A stretch of DNA of 64,000 nucleotides, taken from contig CANSHD010000001.1 in assembly GCA_947646585.1 (NCBI GenBank), forward strand, positions 313,210-377,209. The letters are read 5' to 3'. The notes under the pieces were generated by a model that was not told where the DNA came from, searched no databases, and saw only the letters and a program-made list of their open reading frames with translations. Each line of letters starts with the position of its first letter. Position 1 is the stretch's first letter. Below are positions 27,347 through 40,562 of the stretch, in pieces. The DNA comes from an uncultured Alphaproteobacteria bacterium (GTDB lineage: Bacteria > Pseudomonadota > Alphaproteobacteria > Rs-D84). The position numbers were made by a program, and so were the translations under genes.

Positions 27347-29260
27347 ATGAAATCTTTTACACACATTTTGTTGGTGGCGCTGATGCTGGGGCCGTGTGGC
27401 GCCGCGTTTGCCGCCGCGCCTTTGTCTGGTACGTTGGGCAGTAATTTAACCGCCTATAATCCGAACGGCGGGGTAATGAACAATAATGAGTGGAATTCCA
27501 TGATGAACAGCCGCAGTGGGTCCGGCACGGCCGCCACGGCGGATTTTGGAAATTGTAATTCTGTAATTCTGCGGTGCGCGTCGCCAAAGTGCGCGAACGG
27601 CGGATGCACATCGATTGAGGTTGCGACACCGATTGTTGCAGGCTGCGTTGCGTCAAACGCCGCATGTAAACAGTATGGCGATGAATTGACCCAGTATATC
27701 GCGGCCCAGCTGGTCGCAAATTCAACGGCGAAAACAAACGCACAGATGGCGGCGGCGCAAAATGCCGCGGCCGAACAAAGCGCCATGCAAATGCAACAGA
27801 TGCAGGCCCAGATGCAGCAGATGCAGGCGGATATGGCCGCACAAAATGCACAGCAGATAGCGCAGCTGCAGTCGGCACTGGAAGAACAGCAGCGCGCGAC
27901 CGAGGCTGCCCGGGCCGAAGCGGCCGCCGCCGCCACCGCGGCGTCAAACGCCGCGCAGTCGTCCGCCACAATGGGTGCAACGGTTTCCGCGGACGCATCT
28001 GCAGCCACCACCACGGCATCGTCCGGTGCAACACCAACAACGGTTATGGAGGGGTTGTCCGAGGCGCAGCGTATCGCCGCCAATGCCGGCGTATCCGCCG
28101 ATATATTGGCCCGCGAACAGGTCGCCGGCCAGATTATGACATCGCTGGAACGGGCCCAGGTCAATTTGAACAAGGCCAAGGCGGCAATGCAGAACGCATT
28201 TTCCTATGCCGGGTGCACAACGTCGGGCGACAATTGTGTCGGGCCAAAGCGCGTGTCTGTTTTCCGCCAAAAGGCGATGGAGTTTTTCGAACCGTATGAC
28301 GCGGTTCTGGACGAATTGTATGACGCACTGGTTACGGCCCAGTCCGTCGGTGTCGATATTACCGATATATATATGATGCTCAACGGCAGCTGTAATGTCT
28401 GGGGCGAGTATCTGTGTAATGGCGGTACGGTGTTGGATGATTCAGGCGCCAGAAATACCGAAAAAGTTTGTAAAACGACGACCGATGCAAATGGCAAGGA
28501 AACCACAACATGTGAATCGGTCACGAAAAGTTCCACGCAGTCCGGCGGGAACATGGTTTGGGCCAAATATGATGAAAACAACTGCCCGATTAACGGCGGA
28601 CAATCGAAAAAGTATGGTTGGTCGCGCGGTTTAAACAGGGAATGTTATCGAGACACAACAATCCCGCCCGAAGATTCAACGGCCTGTACCCTTAACCGTA
28701 CATTGACCGATATGGAAGACGTTCAGCGTAATTTCCTGTTTGCCGAAGCGGGCGATATAGACGAACACGTTCGTATCGGGTGCGCGTCGTCTGCGCTGGA
28801 AAACAGCAAGTTCTTCCGCAACCGCAAAAAGGGCTCCAGCATTGATATTGAGACACTGGAACGCATCGTTTCCCAGGATGCGCCGGCAATGTTCGGTTCC
28901 AACCGATTTGGCGCCTCAAGCGACCCAGCGATTGATGGTCCGAAATACTGTGCGGTCAACGCCACCAGCTATATGGATTTGCAAAAGGCGGCGGCGTTGA
29001 AAAAACTGCCCGCGCGCGTCTGTGTCAGCGACAAGTCGCTGGCCGCGAACCTGTCGGCGAACGGATTGCTGTCCATGTCCGATATTGATGCGATGATAAA
29101 GGCCGGCGGAACCAATACCGGCTCCGGCGTGACGGGTAATAAGGATCCGCAATATTCGGACAAGGAAACTTGCAATAAATGGCAGGGCGAATGGAAAGAT
29201 AGTGCATGCAAATGCGACGGCAAAAAACAATGGTGGAACGGTGTTTGTGTTTTCAGATAA
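27347..29260 (+). CDS. Secreted cysteine-rich protein with a Gln/Met/Ala-rich low-complexity coiled region.
   Basis: Signal peptide 'MKSFTHILLVALMLGPCGAAFA'. 'CNSVILRCASPKCANGGC' module. 'QMQQMQAQMQQMQADMAAQNAQQIAQLQ' tract. Many Cys in the C-terminal half. Confidence 0.65.
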   Translation: MKSFTHILLVALMLGPCGAAFAAAPLSGTLGSNLTAYNPNGGVMNNNEWNSMMNSRSGSGTAATADFGNCNSVILRCASPKCANGGCTSIEVATPIVAGCVASNAACKQYGDELTQYIAAQLVANSTAKTNAQMAAAQNAAAEQSAMQMQQMQAQMQQMQADMAAQNAQQIAQLQSALEEQQRATEAARAEAAAAATAASNAAQSSATMGATVSADASAATTTASSGATPTTVMEGLSEAQRIAANAGVSADILAREQVAGQIMTSLERAQVNLNKAKAAMQNAFSYAGCTTSGDNCVGPKRVSVFRQKAMEFFEPYDAVLDELYDALVTAQSVGVDITDIYMMLNGSCNVWGEYLCNGGTVLDDSGARNTEKVCKTTTDANGKETTTCESVTKSSTQSGGNMVWAKYDENNCPINGGQSKKYGWSRGLNRECYRDTTIPPEDSTACTLNRTLTDMEDVQRNFLFAEAGDIDEHVRIGCASSALENSKFFRNRKKGSSIDIETLERIVSQDAPAMFGSNRFGASSDPAIDGPKYCAVNATSYMDLQKAAALKKLPARVCVSDKSLAANLSANGLLSMSDIDAMIKAGGTNTGSGVTGNKDPQYSDKETCNKWQGEWKDSACKCDGKKQWWNGVCVFR

Positions 29261-30098
29261 ATCAGAAACGGGGATAAGAAAATTACGCATCGCGCGCATT
29301 TTGACGGCGTCGCTGGTCTGTGCCGTGCTGGCCGGCCCGGCGATGGCTGACGACGGCTGCGAGGACGAATCCAACGACCGTATCGCACCGGAACTGGCAT
29401 TGTGCAGTGTGCACGCGTATAATATCGGCATATCCTCAAACCCGGCCGGCGCGGACAAGCAACTGATGAAGGAAATCGTCGCGCTGAAAACCACCGTTAT
29501 CACCCAGCAGATGAACAAACAGTACGAGTATATGGAGGCCATGATTCGCCGCTTTAGAACGCAGTTGGAAAAAGCGGTTTTGACGACCAAGCTTCAGGCG
29601 GCCGGCGCTACGCCGTCATCCACGGACGGTTCTTCCTCGTCCGGCGGGGGGGGCTATGGCGGCTCCGCGGGGGGCAGTGGTGGCGGACGCAGCAACAACG
29701 GCCTTGCCAATGCCGAAGACTGTATGAACTCATATACGAGTTATTCGGATGTGTATCAGTGCCTGTTGCGCAATGTCGCAAAAATATCGTCCGCGGTGAC
29801 GTCGGGCGATTTGGGCGTGGCGCGCCGCCAGCTGGCCGCCGATTTGACAACGTTGGGCAGTTATAACCGCTTGACCATAAGCTGTGGCCAGAATCAACAG
29901 AATTGCAGCGTGAACGTGCCGTGTCAGAACGCATTGTCGGAAAAAGATGCCAACGGTAAAAACACGACTTGCGCAACCGCCAAAAGCAGTGGCGGCCGCC
30001 GTGACGATATAGCCGCGTGTATCGGCCAGATGCGTGCATGTATTGTTGCGAATAACGAGGCTTTGTCGAATAATTCGAACCAGCAGTCGCGCCCGTAA
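29202..30098 (+). CDS. Secreted cysteine-rich protein with a Gly/Ser linker. Start codon uncertain.
   Basis: Signal peptide 'LRIARILTASLVCAVLAGPAMA'. 'SSSGGGGYGGSAGGSGGG' linker. 'CMNSYTSYSDVYQC' module related to the other Cys-rich paralogs. The GTG start overlaps the upstream gene end. Confidence 0.5.
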   Translation: MHANATAKNNGGTVFVFSDKSETGIRKLRIARILTASLVCAVLAGPAMADDGCEDESNDRIAPELALCSVHAYNIGISSNPAGADKQLMKEIVALKTTVITQQMNKQYEYMEAMIRRFRTQLEKAVLTTKLQAAGATPSSTDGSSSSGGGGYGGSAGGSGGGRSNNGLANAEDCMNSYTSYSDVYQCLLRNVAKISSAVTSGDLGVARRQLAADLTTLGSYNRLTISCGQNQQNCSVNVPCQNALSEKDANGKNTTCATAKSSGGRRDDIAACIGQMRACIVANNEALSNNSNQQSRP

Positions 30099-30150
30099 AA
30101 ATTTCTGGACAAGCGGGAAAAAATACTTTAATATAAGCCCCGCACGGTTT

Positions 30151-30227
30151 CGGATGTTTAGCTCAGTTGATTAGAGCATCTCGTTTACACCGAGAGGGTC
30201 GGGGGTTTGAGTCCCTCAACATCCACC
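30151..30227 (+). tRNA. tRNA-Val (anticodon TAC).
   Basis: Cloverleaf: acceptor GGATGTT/AACATCC, anticodon stem TCTCG/CGAGA with loop TTTACAC, T-loop TTTGAGT, 3' CCA encoded. Confidence 0.9.
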
Positions 30228-30281
30228 AAGAACATAACGCTCATTCCGGGCGTTTTTTATTTGACCTGATTATGGTTCCGT

Positions 30282-30432
30282 TGTCATTGCGAGGGAACGG
30301 AGTGACCGCGGCAATCCAGAATAAAGCGGAATAGTTCATTATTTATTGGATTGCTTCGCTACGCTCGCAATGACAATGAGGCTAGCCCTGTTGTCATTGC
30401 GAGGAGGCGCCTGCGCCGACGTGGCAATCCAA
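30282..30432. repeat. MITE/REP-like element cluster (locus 3).
   Basis: 'TTGTCATTGCGAGGGAACGGAGTGACCGCGGCAATCCAGAATAAAGCGGAATAGTTCAT…GGATTGCTTCGCTACGCTCGCAATGACAATGA' plus a second unit 'TTGTCATTGCGAGGAGGCGCCTGCGCCGACGTGGCAATCCA'. Confidence 0.75.
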
Positions 30433-30515
30433 AATCATTTTTGATAATTTTTCCCTTTGATTTTCATTCGTATTGTATATAGTTGTGCGGCTTTAACAAA
30501 AAATGGACATGGAAA

Positions 30516-30779
30516 ATGAAAGAAAAGACAAAACAGGATATCAAGGAATGGTTTCAAATGTTGGGCTTGGCTGCGGCCGGCGGGATAGTCGTGTTTCACG
30601 TGAACTCCTTTTTTAAACCGTCCGCCCCCGACAAGGATGCCGCCCCGCACGGCATAGAGCGTATTATTGAAAAGGCCGACACCATCGTTCCGCGCGACAG
30701 CATAACGGCAATGAACCGTATGCGCGCCGCCAGGGAAGTGTTTTTTGACGGTATGAGCCGCAATCTGCCGACGCGTTAA
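30516..30779 (+). CDS. Small hypothetical membrane protein.
   Basis: One TM segment 'LGLAAAGGIVVFHV'. Start taken at the internal ATG (MKEKTKQD). Confidence 0.3.
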   Translation: MKEKTKQDIKEWFQMLGLAAAGGIVVFHVNSFFKPSAPDKDAAPHGIERIIEKADTIVPRDSITAMNRMRAAREVFFDGMSRNLPTR

Positions 30780-30854
30780 TGCGACAAAATAAGATTTGGT
30801 TTTTATAAAAAATATTGTAAAATATTTTTCGTGTTAAGAGTTTAAGGAGAAAAC

Positions 30855-31502
30855 ATGAAAAAAATTGCTATTTTTGTCGCGGCGACGGCTGTTCTGGCCG
30901 GGTGCACGACTGTGAACCCCTACACGGGCCAGTCCCAGACGTCCAAGGCCGTATGGGGCACCGCAATCGGTACCGCGGCGGGTGCGGCGACAGGTGCGCT
31001 GGTATCGAAAAATCACGGTGCGGGCGCGATTGTGGGCGGCCTGGCCGGTGCGGCTGTTGGTGGCGGCGTCGGATATTATCTGGACGTTCAAGAGGCGGAA
31101 CTGCGTCAAGAGTTGGCATCGACCGGTGTCGGCGTTGAACGCACCGACGACAGCATTCGCTTGATTATGCCGGGCAATATCACGTTTAAGACCGATTCTT
31201 CGGATATCAACGCCAATTTCTATGCGACGTTGAACTCCGTGGCCAAGGTTTTAAAGAAATACAGCAATTCGACGGTAATGGTTTCCGGTTACACCGACAG
31301 CACGGGCGGCATGGAATACAACCAGAATCTGTCGCGCAATCGTGCGGCGGCGGTTGCCGCATACCTGCAGGGCCAGGGTGTCGCCGCCAACCGGTTTGAA
31401 ATTTTGGGCATGGGCCCGTCAAACCCGATTGCGTCGAACGACACGGTCGCGGGCCGCGCCCAGAACCGTCGCGTGGAAATCAAGATTATTCCGAACAAAT
31501 AA
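30855..31502 (+). CDS. OmpA-family lipoprotein with a glycine-zipper N-terminal region.
   Basis: Lipobox 'VLAGC'. Gly-zipper 'GTAIGTAAGAATGALV…GGLAGAAVGGGVG'. OmpA_C motifs 'VSGYTDSTGG…NQNLSRNRAAAVAAYL…NRRVEIKI'. Confidence 0.75.
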   Translation: MKKIAIFVAATAVLAGCTTVNPYTGQSQTSKAVWGTAIGTAAGAATGALVSKNHGAGAIVGGLAGAAVGGGVGYYLDVQEAELRQELASTGVGVERTDDSIRLIMPGNITFKTDSSDINANFYATLNSVAKVLKKYSNSTVMVSGYTDSTGGMEYNQNLSRNRAAAVAAYLQGQGVAANRFEILGMGPSNPIASNDTVAGRAQNRRVEIKIIPNK

Positions 31503-31519
31503 TCTTTGCGCTTGCAAAA

Positions 31520-31550
31520 AAACAGCCGCCGTATGGCGGTTGTTTTTTAC
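31520..31550. terminator. Bidirectional terminator between the convergent OmpA-like gene and the PLD gene.
   Basis: 'cagccgcc-gtat-ggcggttg' flanked by an A-run and a T-run. Confidence 0.6.
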
Positions 31551-32557
31551 CCCTGATAAAATCCCCACAAATATTTGAACTGATTCGTGAACTCTTTGTT
31601 TTGCTCCGGAAAGAACATACAGTTTTCCGCATTGGACTGTGTCGCGGACGAGGTCCAGTTGTACGAGCCCGTTTCCACATCCCGTTGGTCGAATATCGCG
31701 AATTTATGATGCATTATCTTGTGCTGTTTGTTCAGCACAACCGGAATACCGCCGTCGCGTATGCGCCCGATTAGCGATGCGCGCCCGGCTGCTTGCAATT
31801 TGTCACTGATTACGCGAACGCGCACGCCGCGGCGGTGCGCGGCCAGCAGGCTGTCCACTATTCGGTCGTTTGTAATCGAATATACGGCCACGTCGATTGC
31901 GCGCGATGCCGCGTTTATACCGGCGATAATGTTGTTTTCACAATCGGGTCCCGGGGTAAAATATACCCGCGCCCAAGACTTTTCCGGAATCGCCGGCACG
32001 GGCAGTGCGGCGGAATCAATTTCATAATCGTCTGTTTGCGTATCGCGGGCCGACCACAGGCGCCGCCACCATGACGGCTTTTTATCATCCGCCCGCGTCA
32101 TGCCAAGCACGGAATACAATTCCTGTTCGGACGGACTGTCTTTTTGTATTATCAACAGCAGCAACCTGTCGTCGGCCCCCTTTGCCATTACCAGTATGTC
32201 GCCGGGAACGCCGGAATGCATGACGCTGTTACGGGCGTATTTCAATTCCCCCTTGCCGCGGCCGTTATACGATGGCGGGTAAAAATAATAGTATCTGGCA
32301 AATCCGTCCTCTTCCAGTTTGTCGCCGCCCAAATACACGTAATCCGTAACATAGTCTTTCTTTTCACGACCCAGAATTTCTTCCAGCTCTTTTGTTGCCT
32401 GAATTGTTTTTGCGCCGCTGATTGGCGAATCGCGTCGAACAAATGTCTTAATCGCTATCTGTTGAAATTCCGGCAGCTCTGACAGCTCAAATGCAATGCA
32501 GCACGGTTGAGTTACCAATATAAACAGGAAACCGAATAATAAACCAAATAAACGCAT
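31547..32557 (-). CDS. Secreted phospholipase D / Nuc-like single-HKD domain protein.
   Basis: Signal peptide 'MRLFGLLFGFLFILVTQPCCIAF'. C-terminal 'HHKFAIFD…GSYNWT' fits the HxK(x4)D(x6)GSxN HKD motif. Only one HKD copy, as in Nuc endonucleases. Confidence 0.6.
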   Translation of the reverse strand: MRLFGLLFGFLFILVTQPCCIAFELSELPEFQQIAIKTFVRRDSPISGAKTIQATKELEEILGREKKDYVTDYVYLGGDKLEEDGFARYYYFYPPSYNGRGKGELKYARNSVMHSGVPGDILVMAKGADDRLLLLIIQKDSPSEQELYSVLGMTRADDKKPSWWRRLWSARDTQTDDYEIDSAALPVPAIPEKSWARVYFTPGPDCENNIIAGINAASRAIDVAVYSITNDRIVDSLLAAHRRGVRVRVISDKLQAAGRASLIGRIRDGGIPVVLNKQHKIMHHKFAIFDQRDVETGSYNWTSSATQSNAENCMFFPEQNKEFTNQFKYLWGFYQG

Positions 32558-32608
32558 ATACAGCCCTTTGGGGTATTATTTCTTATATGGATAACTTGTT
32601 CAACAATA

Positions 32609-33448
32609 TTATGCCGCGAATTTAAGGAAGCGGTCGTCGTTTGCAATAACGGCATATCGATTGCGAATAAATATGCGGCGATATAAAGGCCGGCCGTTTA
32701 GTATCACGCCTGTTTTTGTCGGTGTAAAATCTTTGTCCATCCCCAGTACTTCAAATTTATCGGAATCGTAATCCAGCAAAAAAGTAACGGGCACCCCCAT
32801 TATCCCCGTATAGTCCGTCGGAATTTCTTTTATTTTGTTAACATTTATCGCATCGGCGTTGTCGTATTTTGGATAATGTGCCGCATGCCCGTAATATTGA
32901 CTGTGCGGAGCGCGGGCATCCCTTTTGCGATTTGTCGTCAGATTTGTGAACCAGCATATGTTGCCAAACTTTTTTAAGCGCCCGTCGGGCTGGATAAAGG
33001 CTCTTGGGTACGTGCACCCGGTGCGCACCTTGTTGGCGCGTATCAAAGAAAATGTCTGTTCATATGCGACGGCGTTCATGTTTCCGATAATCAAAAAATG
33101 CTTATCGTGCGCGGCCAGCAGGCCCATAAACTCCCGAAACAAGGAAAAAGGCGGATTTGTGACAATGACGTCCGCCCGTTTCAGCAATTCAACCGATGCC
33201 GCACTGCGAAAGTCATCCCCACCCAGGCCACCGCTGAAACACACATCACGTATTTGGCCGGCGGCCTTTAATTCCGTAAAGTATTTCACAAACGCACTGT
33301 CCGCGGTGTCACAGTTGCAATAAATGGTCTTATTAAAAAAATGCGACAGGTAATTGTCGCATTCTTTCCGTACATCCTCGTAACGCGTATAAAATTCGTC
33401 GTTTTTGACCGCGCGGGCACGGTGCAGGTTTGCGCTTTTTGATGACAT
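32609..33448 (-). CDS. N6-adenine DNA methyltransferase of the EcoRI-methylase family.
   Basis: 'KNDEFYTRYEDV', 'IYCNCD', 'IVTNPPFSLFREF' (NPPF motif IV), 'FLIIGNMNAVAYEQTF', 'WFTNL', 'YPKYDNADAINVNKIKEIP' and 'GIMGVPVTFL' recall M.EcoRI blocks. SD ggagagagg precedes the ATG. Confidence 0.65.
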   Translation of the reverse strand: MSSKSANLHRARAVKNDEFYTRYEDVRKECDNYLSHFFNKTIYCNCDTADSAFVKYFTELKAAGQIRDVCFSGGLGGDDFRSAASVELLKRADVIVTNPPFSLFREFMGLLAAHDKHFLIIGNMNAVAYEQTFSLIRANKVRTGCTYPRAFIQPDGRLKKFGNICWFTNLTTNRKRDARAPHSQYYGHAAHYPKYDNADAINVNKIKEIPTDYTGIMGVPVTFLLDYDSDKFEVLGMDKDFTPTKTGVILNGRPLYRRIFIRNRYAVIANDDRFLKFAA

Positions 33449-33600
33449 GGTGCCTCTCTCCTGTTTTAATAAAAAAAGCCCCGCAAATGCGGGGGAAATA
33501 AAAAAACGGACAGATTTCTCTGTCCGCACATATGAATACTATATCAAAAATCGCCCCAAAAAGCAATATAAAACGCCCCGTTCGGGGCGTTTAGGCATTT

Positions 33601-34947
33601 TTACGGGCACTGGGCCAGCTGATTTAACACATTTTGTACGTCTGTGTTAATGGATACTGTTATCTCGCGCTGCAGGCCGTCTATATATGTATAGTCGAAT
33701 TTGGACGCGGCAAATTCCGGCGCGGCCGCATATGCGTCGCGGAACGGGGCCAGCATCGCCGTAAACCACTGGCGCCCGCGGCACAGACATCCGTTTCGAA
33801 CGTCCGCCGCAACGGCCGCGGTGGCGGTGTTGGGATATTTTGCGTCAAATTCAGCGTCCGTCATCATCAGACAGCGGTTGCCCAAACCGTAAAAGTTCGC
33901 GTCATCGGCCAGGAATTTGTAAACCAAGCCGTCGGATGCGCCGGCTTTCTTTAAAGAATACGCCATTCCGTCGGTACAGCACGCCTGGGCGCTGCGCATC
34001 AGCATCTTGTATCTGTCCAGCAGCGGCGCCGCCGTCGGGTCGGTTGCGGTAATGTTTTTGTTGCATTTCGCCTTTACGATAAACGCATCCAGCAATTCCG
34101 GGCGCAATTTATTGCTTCGCGGGGCGACCGTTTCGCGAACCATGGGCTTGCGCCGCCATATTTCGCATTCCGTTTCAGAATCAAACGGGCATCCGTCGCC
34201 ACCAAAGGCAATCGCGATTACGTTCGTCATGTCCTGGGCCACGTATTCGGGTTTTGGCGCCGGCATGTTCATGTTGTTCACGACCAGCGTGTCCGTCCAC
34301 AGGTTCTCGGCCGGCTTTTGCGGGGCCAATAATTCTTCAACACGCGCGCGCGTTGTGGCCGCGTCGGCCATGTTTTGATTATACAGCTCTATCACATCCA
34401 CCGATTCGGATGTCACCGCCGGTACTGTGCCGTATTGGGCAAAGACCGATTCGGCCGGGCTGTCAATCTCGCGCAGGTAAATTTCCGGCGCCGGTTCCAG
34501 ATACCAGTCGCTGAAATCCTTTTTCTTGTAATTTACAATCGAATCGTCCCAAATCGGCACGCCGTCGCGCCAATCGACCGTTTTGTCGTATCCGCGGGCC
34601 TTGTAATTGCCGTTTGTTCCGTCATACAAGGCGGGGCGGGTGTCTTCCGGCACCGGCTTTATGCTTAATGTCTTTATATTGCGCATCGGCACCGCGCCCG
34701 CATATATATATTGCGGTCGGGCCGCGTATGCCGGCACCGCCGGTACGGTGTTCATAACCGGGGCCGCAGGCTGGACGGCCGTAACGGTCGTCGTTTCCTC
34801 TATCACGCCCAGAACCGTCGGCTCCGCCGTGGCCGGTGCAATATCACAACCGGCGCCGACACATTCCGAGCCGTGCGCCATCGTCACCGGACACATCAGC
34901 GCCAGGGACGTCAAAATAACAAGTCTTCCTTTCATAATACGAATCAT
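33601..34947 (-). CDS. Secreted cysteine-rich hypothetical protein.
   Basis: Signal peptide 'MIRIMKGRLVILTSLALMCPVTMA'. More than 12 Cys, including 'CTDGMAYS', 'CLCRGRQW' and a C-terminal 'AQCP'. Confidence 0.5.
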   Translation of the reverse strand: MIRIMKGRLVILTSLALMCPVTMAHGSECVGAGCDIAPATAEPTVLGVIEETTTVTAVQPAAPVMNTVPAVPAYAARPQYIYAGAVPMRNIKTLSIKPVPEDTRPALYDGTNGNYKARGYDKTVDWRDGVPIWDDSIVNYKKKDFSDWYLEPAPEIYLREIDSPAESVFAQYGTVPAVTSESVDVIELYNQNMADAATTRARVEELLAPQKPAENLWTDTLVVNNMNMPAPKPEYVAQDMTNVIAIAFGGDGCPFDSETECEIWRRKPMVRETVAPRSNKLRPELLDAFIVKAKCNKNITATDPTAAPLLDRYKMLMRSAQACCTDGMAYSLKKAGASDGLVYKFLADDANFYGLGNRCLMMTDAEFDAKYPNTATAAVAADVRNGCLCRGRQWFTAMLAPFRDAYAAAPEFAASKFDYTYIDGLQREITVSINTDVQNVLNQLAQCP

Positions 34948-35206
34948 ATCACAAAAACAGGCCTTTTTAAAACATAAAAATGCCAAAAATACGAATCGAA
35001 TGACCGAATCATGCATATTTTTGACGTTCGGGCCCCGCCTCAGAATCGGTTTTTACCCCGAATCCGAATCAATTTTCGCGAAAAAAGCCCCCGGCCAAAA
35101 AATTTTTCAAAAAAAATCATCAGGTAAAAAATCCCGGATTTCCGGCGATTTTTCCTAAAAGATGGGCCTGCCCAAAATTTTTTTGAAATTATTTTTGAAA
35201 TTGCGC

Positions 35207-35235
35207 TTGACTTTTCCCAACTTTGACCGCATACT
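35207..35235 (+). promoter_or_regulatory. Putative sigma-70 rRNA promoter: -35 TTGACT, 17-nt spacer, -10 CATACT, with an upstream AT-rich UP-like element.
   Basis: 'TTGACTtttcccaactttgaccgCATACT' lies about 320 nt upstream of the 16S 5' end, preceded by 'aaaatttttttgaaattatttttgaaatt'. Confidence 0.5.
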
Positions 35236-35553
35236 GTGCGGGCTCTCAAGTTGAGATGAAACGAAAAAAGAAATCTCAACCTCTAGGAAATTCGGCGGTT
35301 CGCAGGTAATTCTGAGGGAATCGCAACATTGTGAATAAAAGCAGCTCATCAAAAATTCAAGAAGGGATGTGCAGACAGTTGAATTTGGAAATATCCAAAC
35401 TTTGACTAAGTCAAATGTGCATATCCTAGACAGGTAGTAGGTTTACATATTAAACCTCGTTAAAAACTTGTCTTGCGAATAAATATATGTAAAGACGAAC
35501 TGATATTATGTCAGTGTTGTTTATGCACAGGACTTAAACCACAAGTTTTTTAG

Positions 35554-37054
<1,501 letters not shown>

Positions 37055-37138
37055 ATAGAGAATACCGTTTCCACGAAAACGGTCAAATCCAAAGCGACTG
37101 TCTGAACATCTCTTTTTGAAAATGGGTATAATTCTGCT

Positions 37139-37215
37139 GGGTCAGTAGTTCAGTTGGTTAGAATGCCGCTCTGATACAGCGGAGGTCGAAGATTCGAGTT
37201 CTTCCTGACCCACCA
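37139..37215 (+). tRNA. tRNA-Ile (anticodon GAT) in the 16S-23S spacer.
   Basis: Acceptor GGGTCAG/CTGACCC. Anticodon stem CCGCT/AGCGG, loop CTGATAC. T-loop TTCGAGT. CCA encoded. Confidence 0.9.
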
Positions 37216-37521
37216 CTTAAATTGATGAGGTTGGAATCAAAAACAAATACTTGTTTTTGATTCCAGATGTTCTGATGAATATCTTCGGAATCTGCTTTTA
37301 TTAGCAATCATTGTAAATCGGTTTTTAATGTCGTAAATCAAACTTTATGGAAACATGACTTTTGATTTATTGAACATCGTAATCTCAAAAATCTTTCTAA
37401 ATAGAGTAATCACGAAAGTGATAATTCAATTAGAGAAGCAAGAATCAACTTAAATGCTTAAAAAACTCATTAAGTTCTTTTGATTGTGTTTGAAGACTTT
37501 CTCTTCAAGCATAAGATAAAA

Positions 37522-40258
<2,737 letters not shown>

Positions 40259-40354
40259 TTTTTATCTTATCGTTTGACTTATGTCAGACGATTGCTTGAA
40301 GAGAACGTTGACATTGATTCTTGAATCATGTATTATGATGTTCGCTGGATTTAT

Positions 40355-40470
40355 TCTGGTGATTATTGAGCGGGAGCCACCCTCTGTTCCATTCCGAACC
40401 AGACAGGGAAACCCCGTATCGCCGATGGTACTTTGGCTTAAGCCACGGAAGAGTAGGTCGTCGCCAGAGT
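40355..40470 (+). rRNA. rrf: 5S ribosomal RNA.
   Basis: '…CCATTCCGAACCAGACAGG…CGCCGATGGTACTTTGGCTTAAGCCACGGAAGAGTAGGTCGTCGCCAGA'. Terminal helix TCTGGTGA/TCGCCAGA. Confidence 0.85.
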
Positions 40471-40504
40471 AAATCCAGTTTCCGATATTAAAAACCGATT
40501 CCAC

Positions 40505-40532
40505 CGCCCATTGGGCGGTTTTTTGTTTTAGG
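40505..40532 (+). terminator. rrn operon terminator.
   Basis: 'accgccc-attg-ggcggt' followed by T6. Confidence 0.75.
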
Positions 40533-40562
40533 ATTTTCAAAATTTATGATATAATGTAAATC

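Noticed and set aside
30236-30265. Possible terminator after tRNA-Val (aacgctcattccgggcgtttttt).
   Set aside because: The stem is only about 4 bp (acgc/gcgt) with a large loop. Too weak to call confidently, although a T-run is present.
31547-33448. Interpreting the MTase + PLD pair as a complete PLD-type (BfiI-like) restriction-modification system.
   Set aside because: The PLD protein has an unambiguous N-terminal signal peptide with a good SD at that start, so it is probably exported. Kept as a separate lower-confidence hypothesis.
37216-37521. Searched the 16S-23S spacer for tRNA-Ala.
   Set aside because: No GGGGCTATAGCTCAG-like acceptor/D-arm or TGC anticodon cloverleaf was found. Only tRNA-Ile is present.
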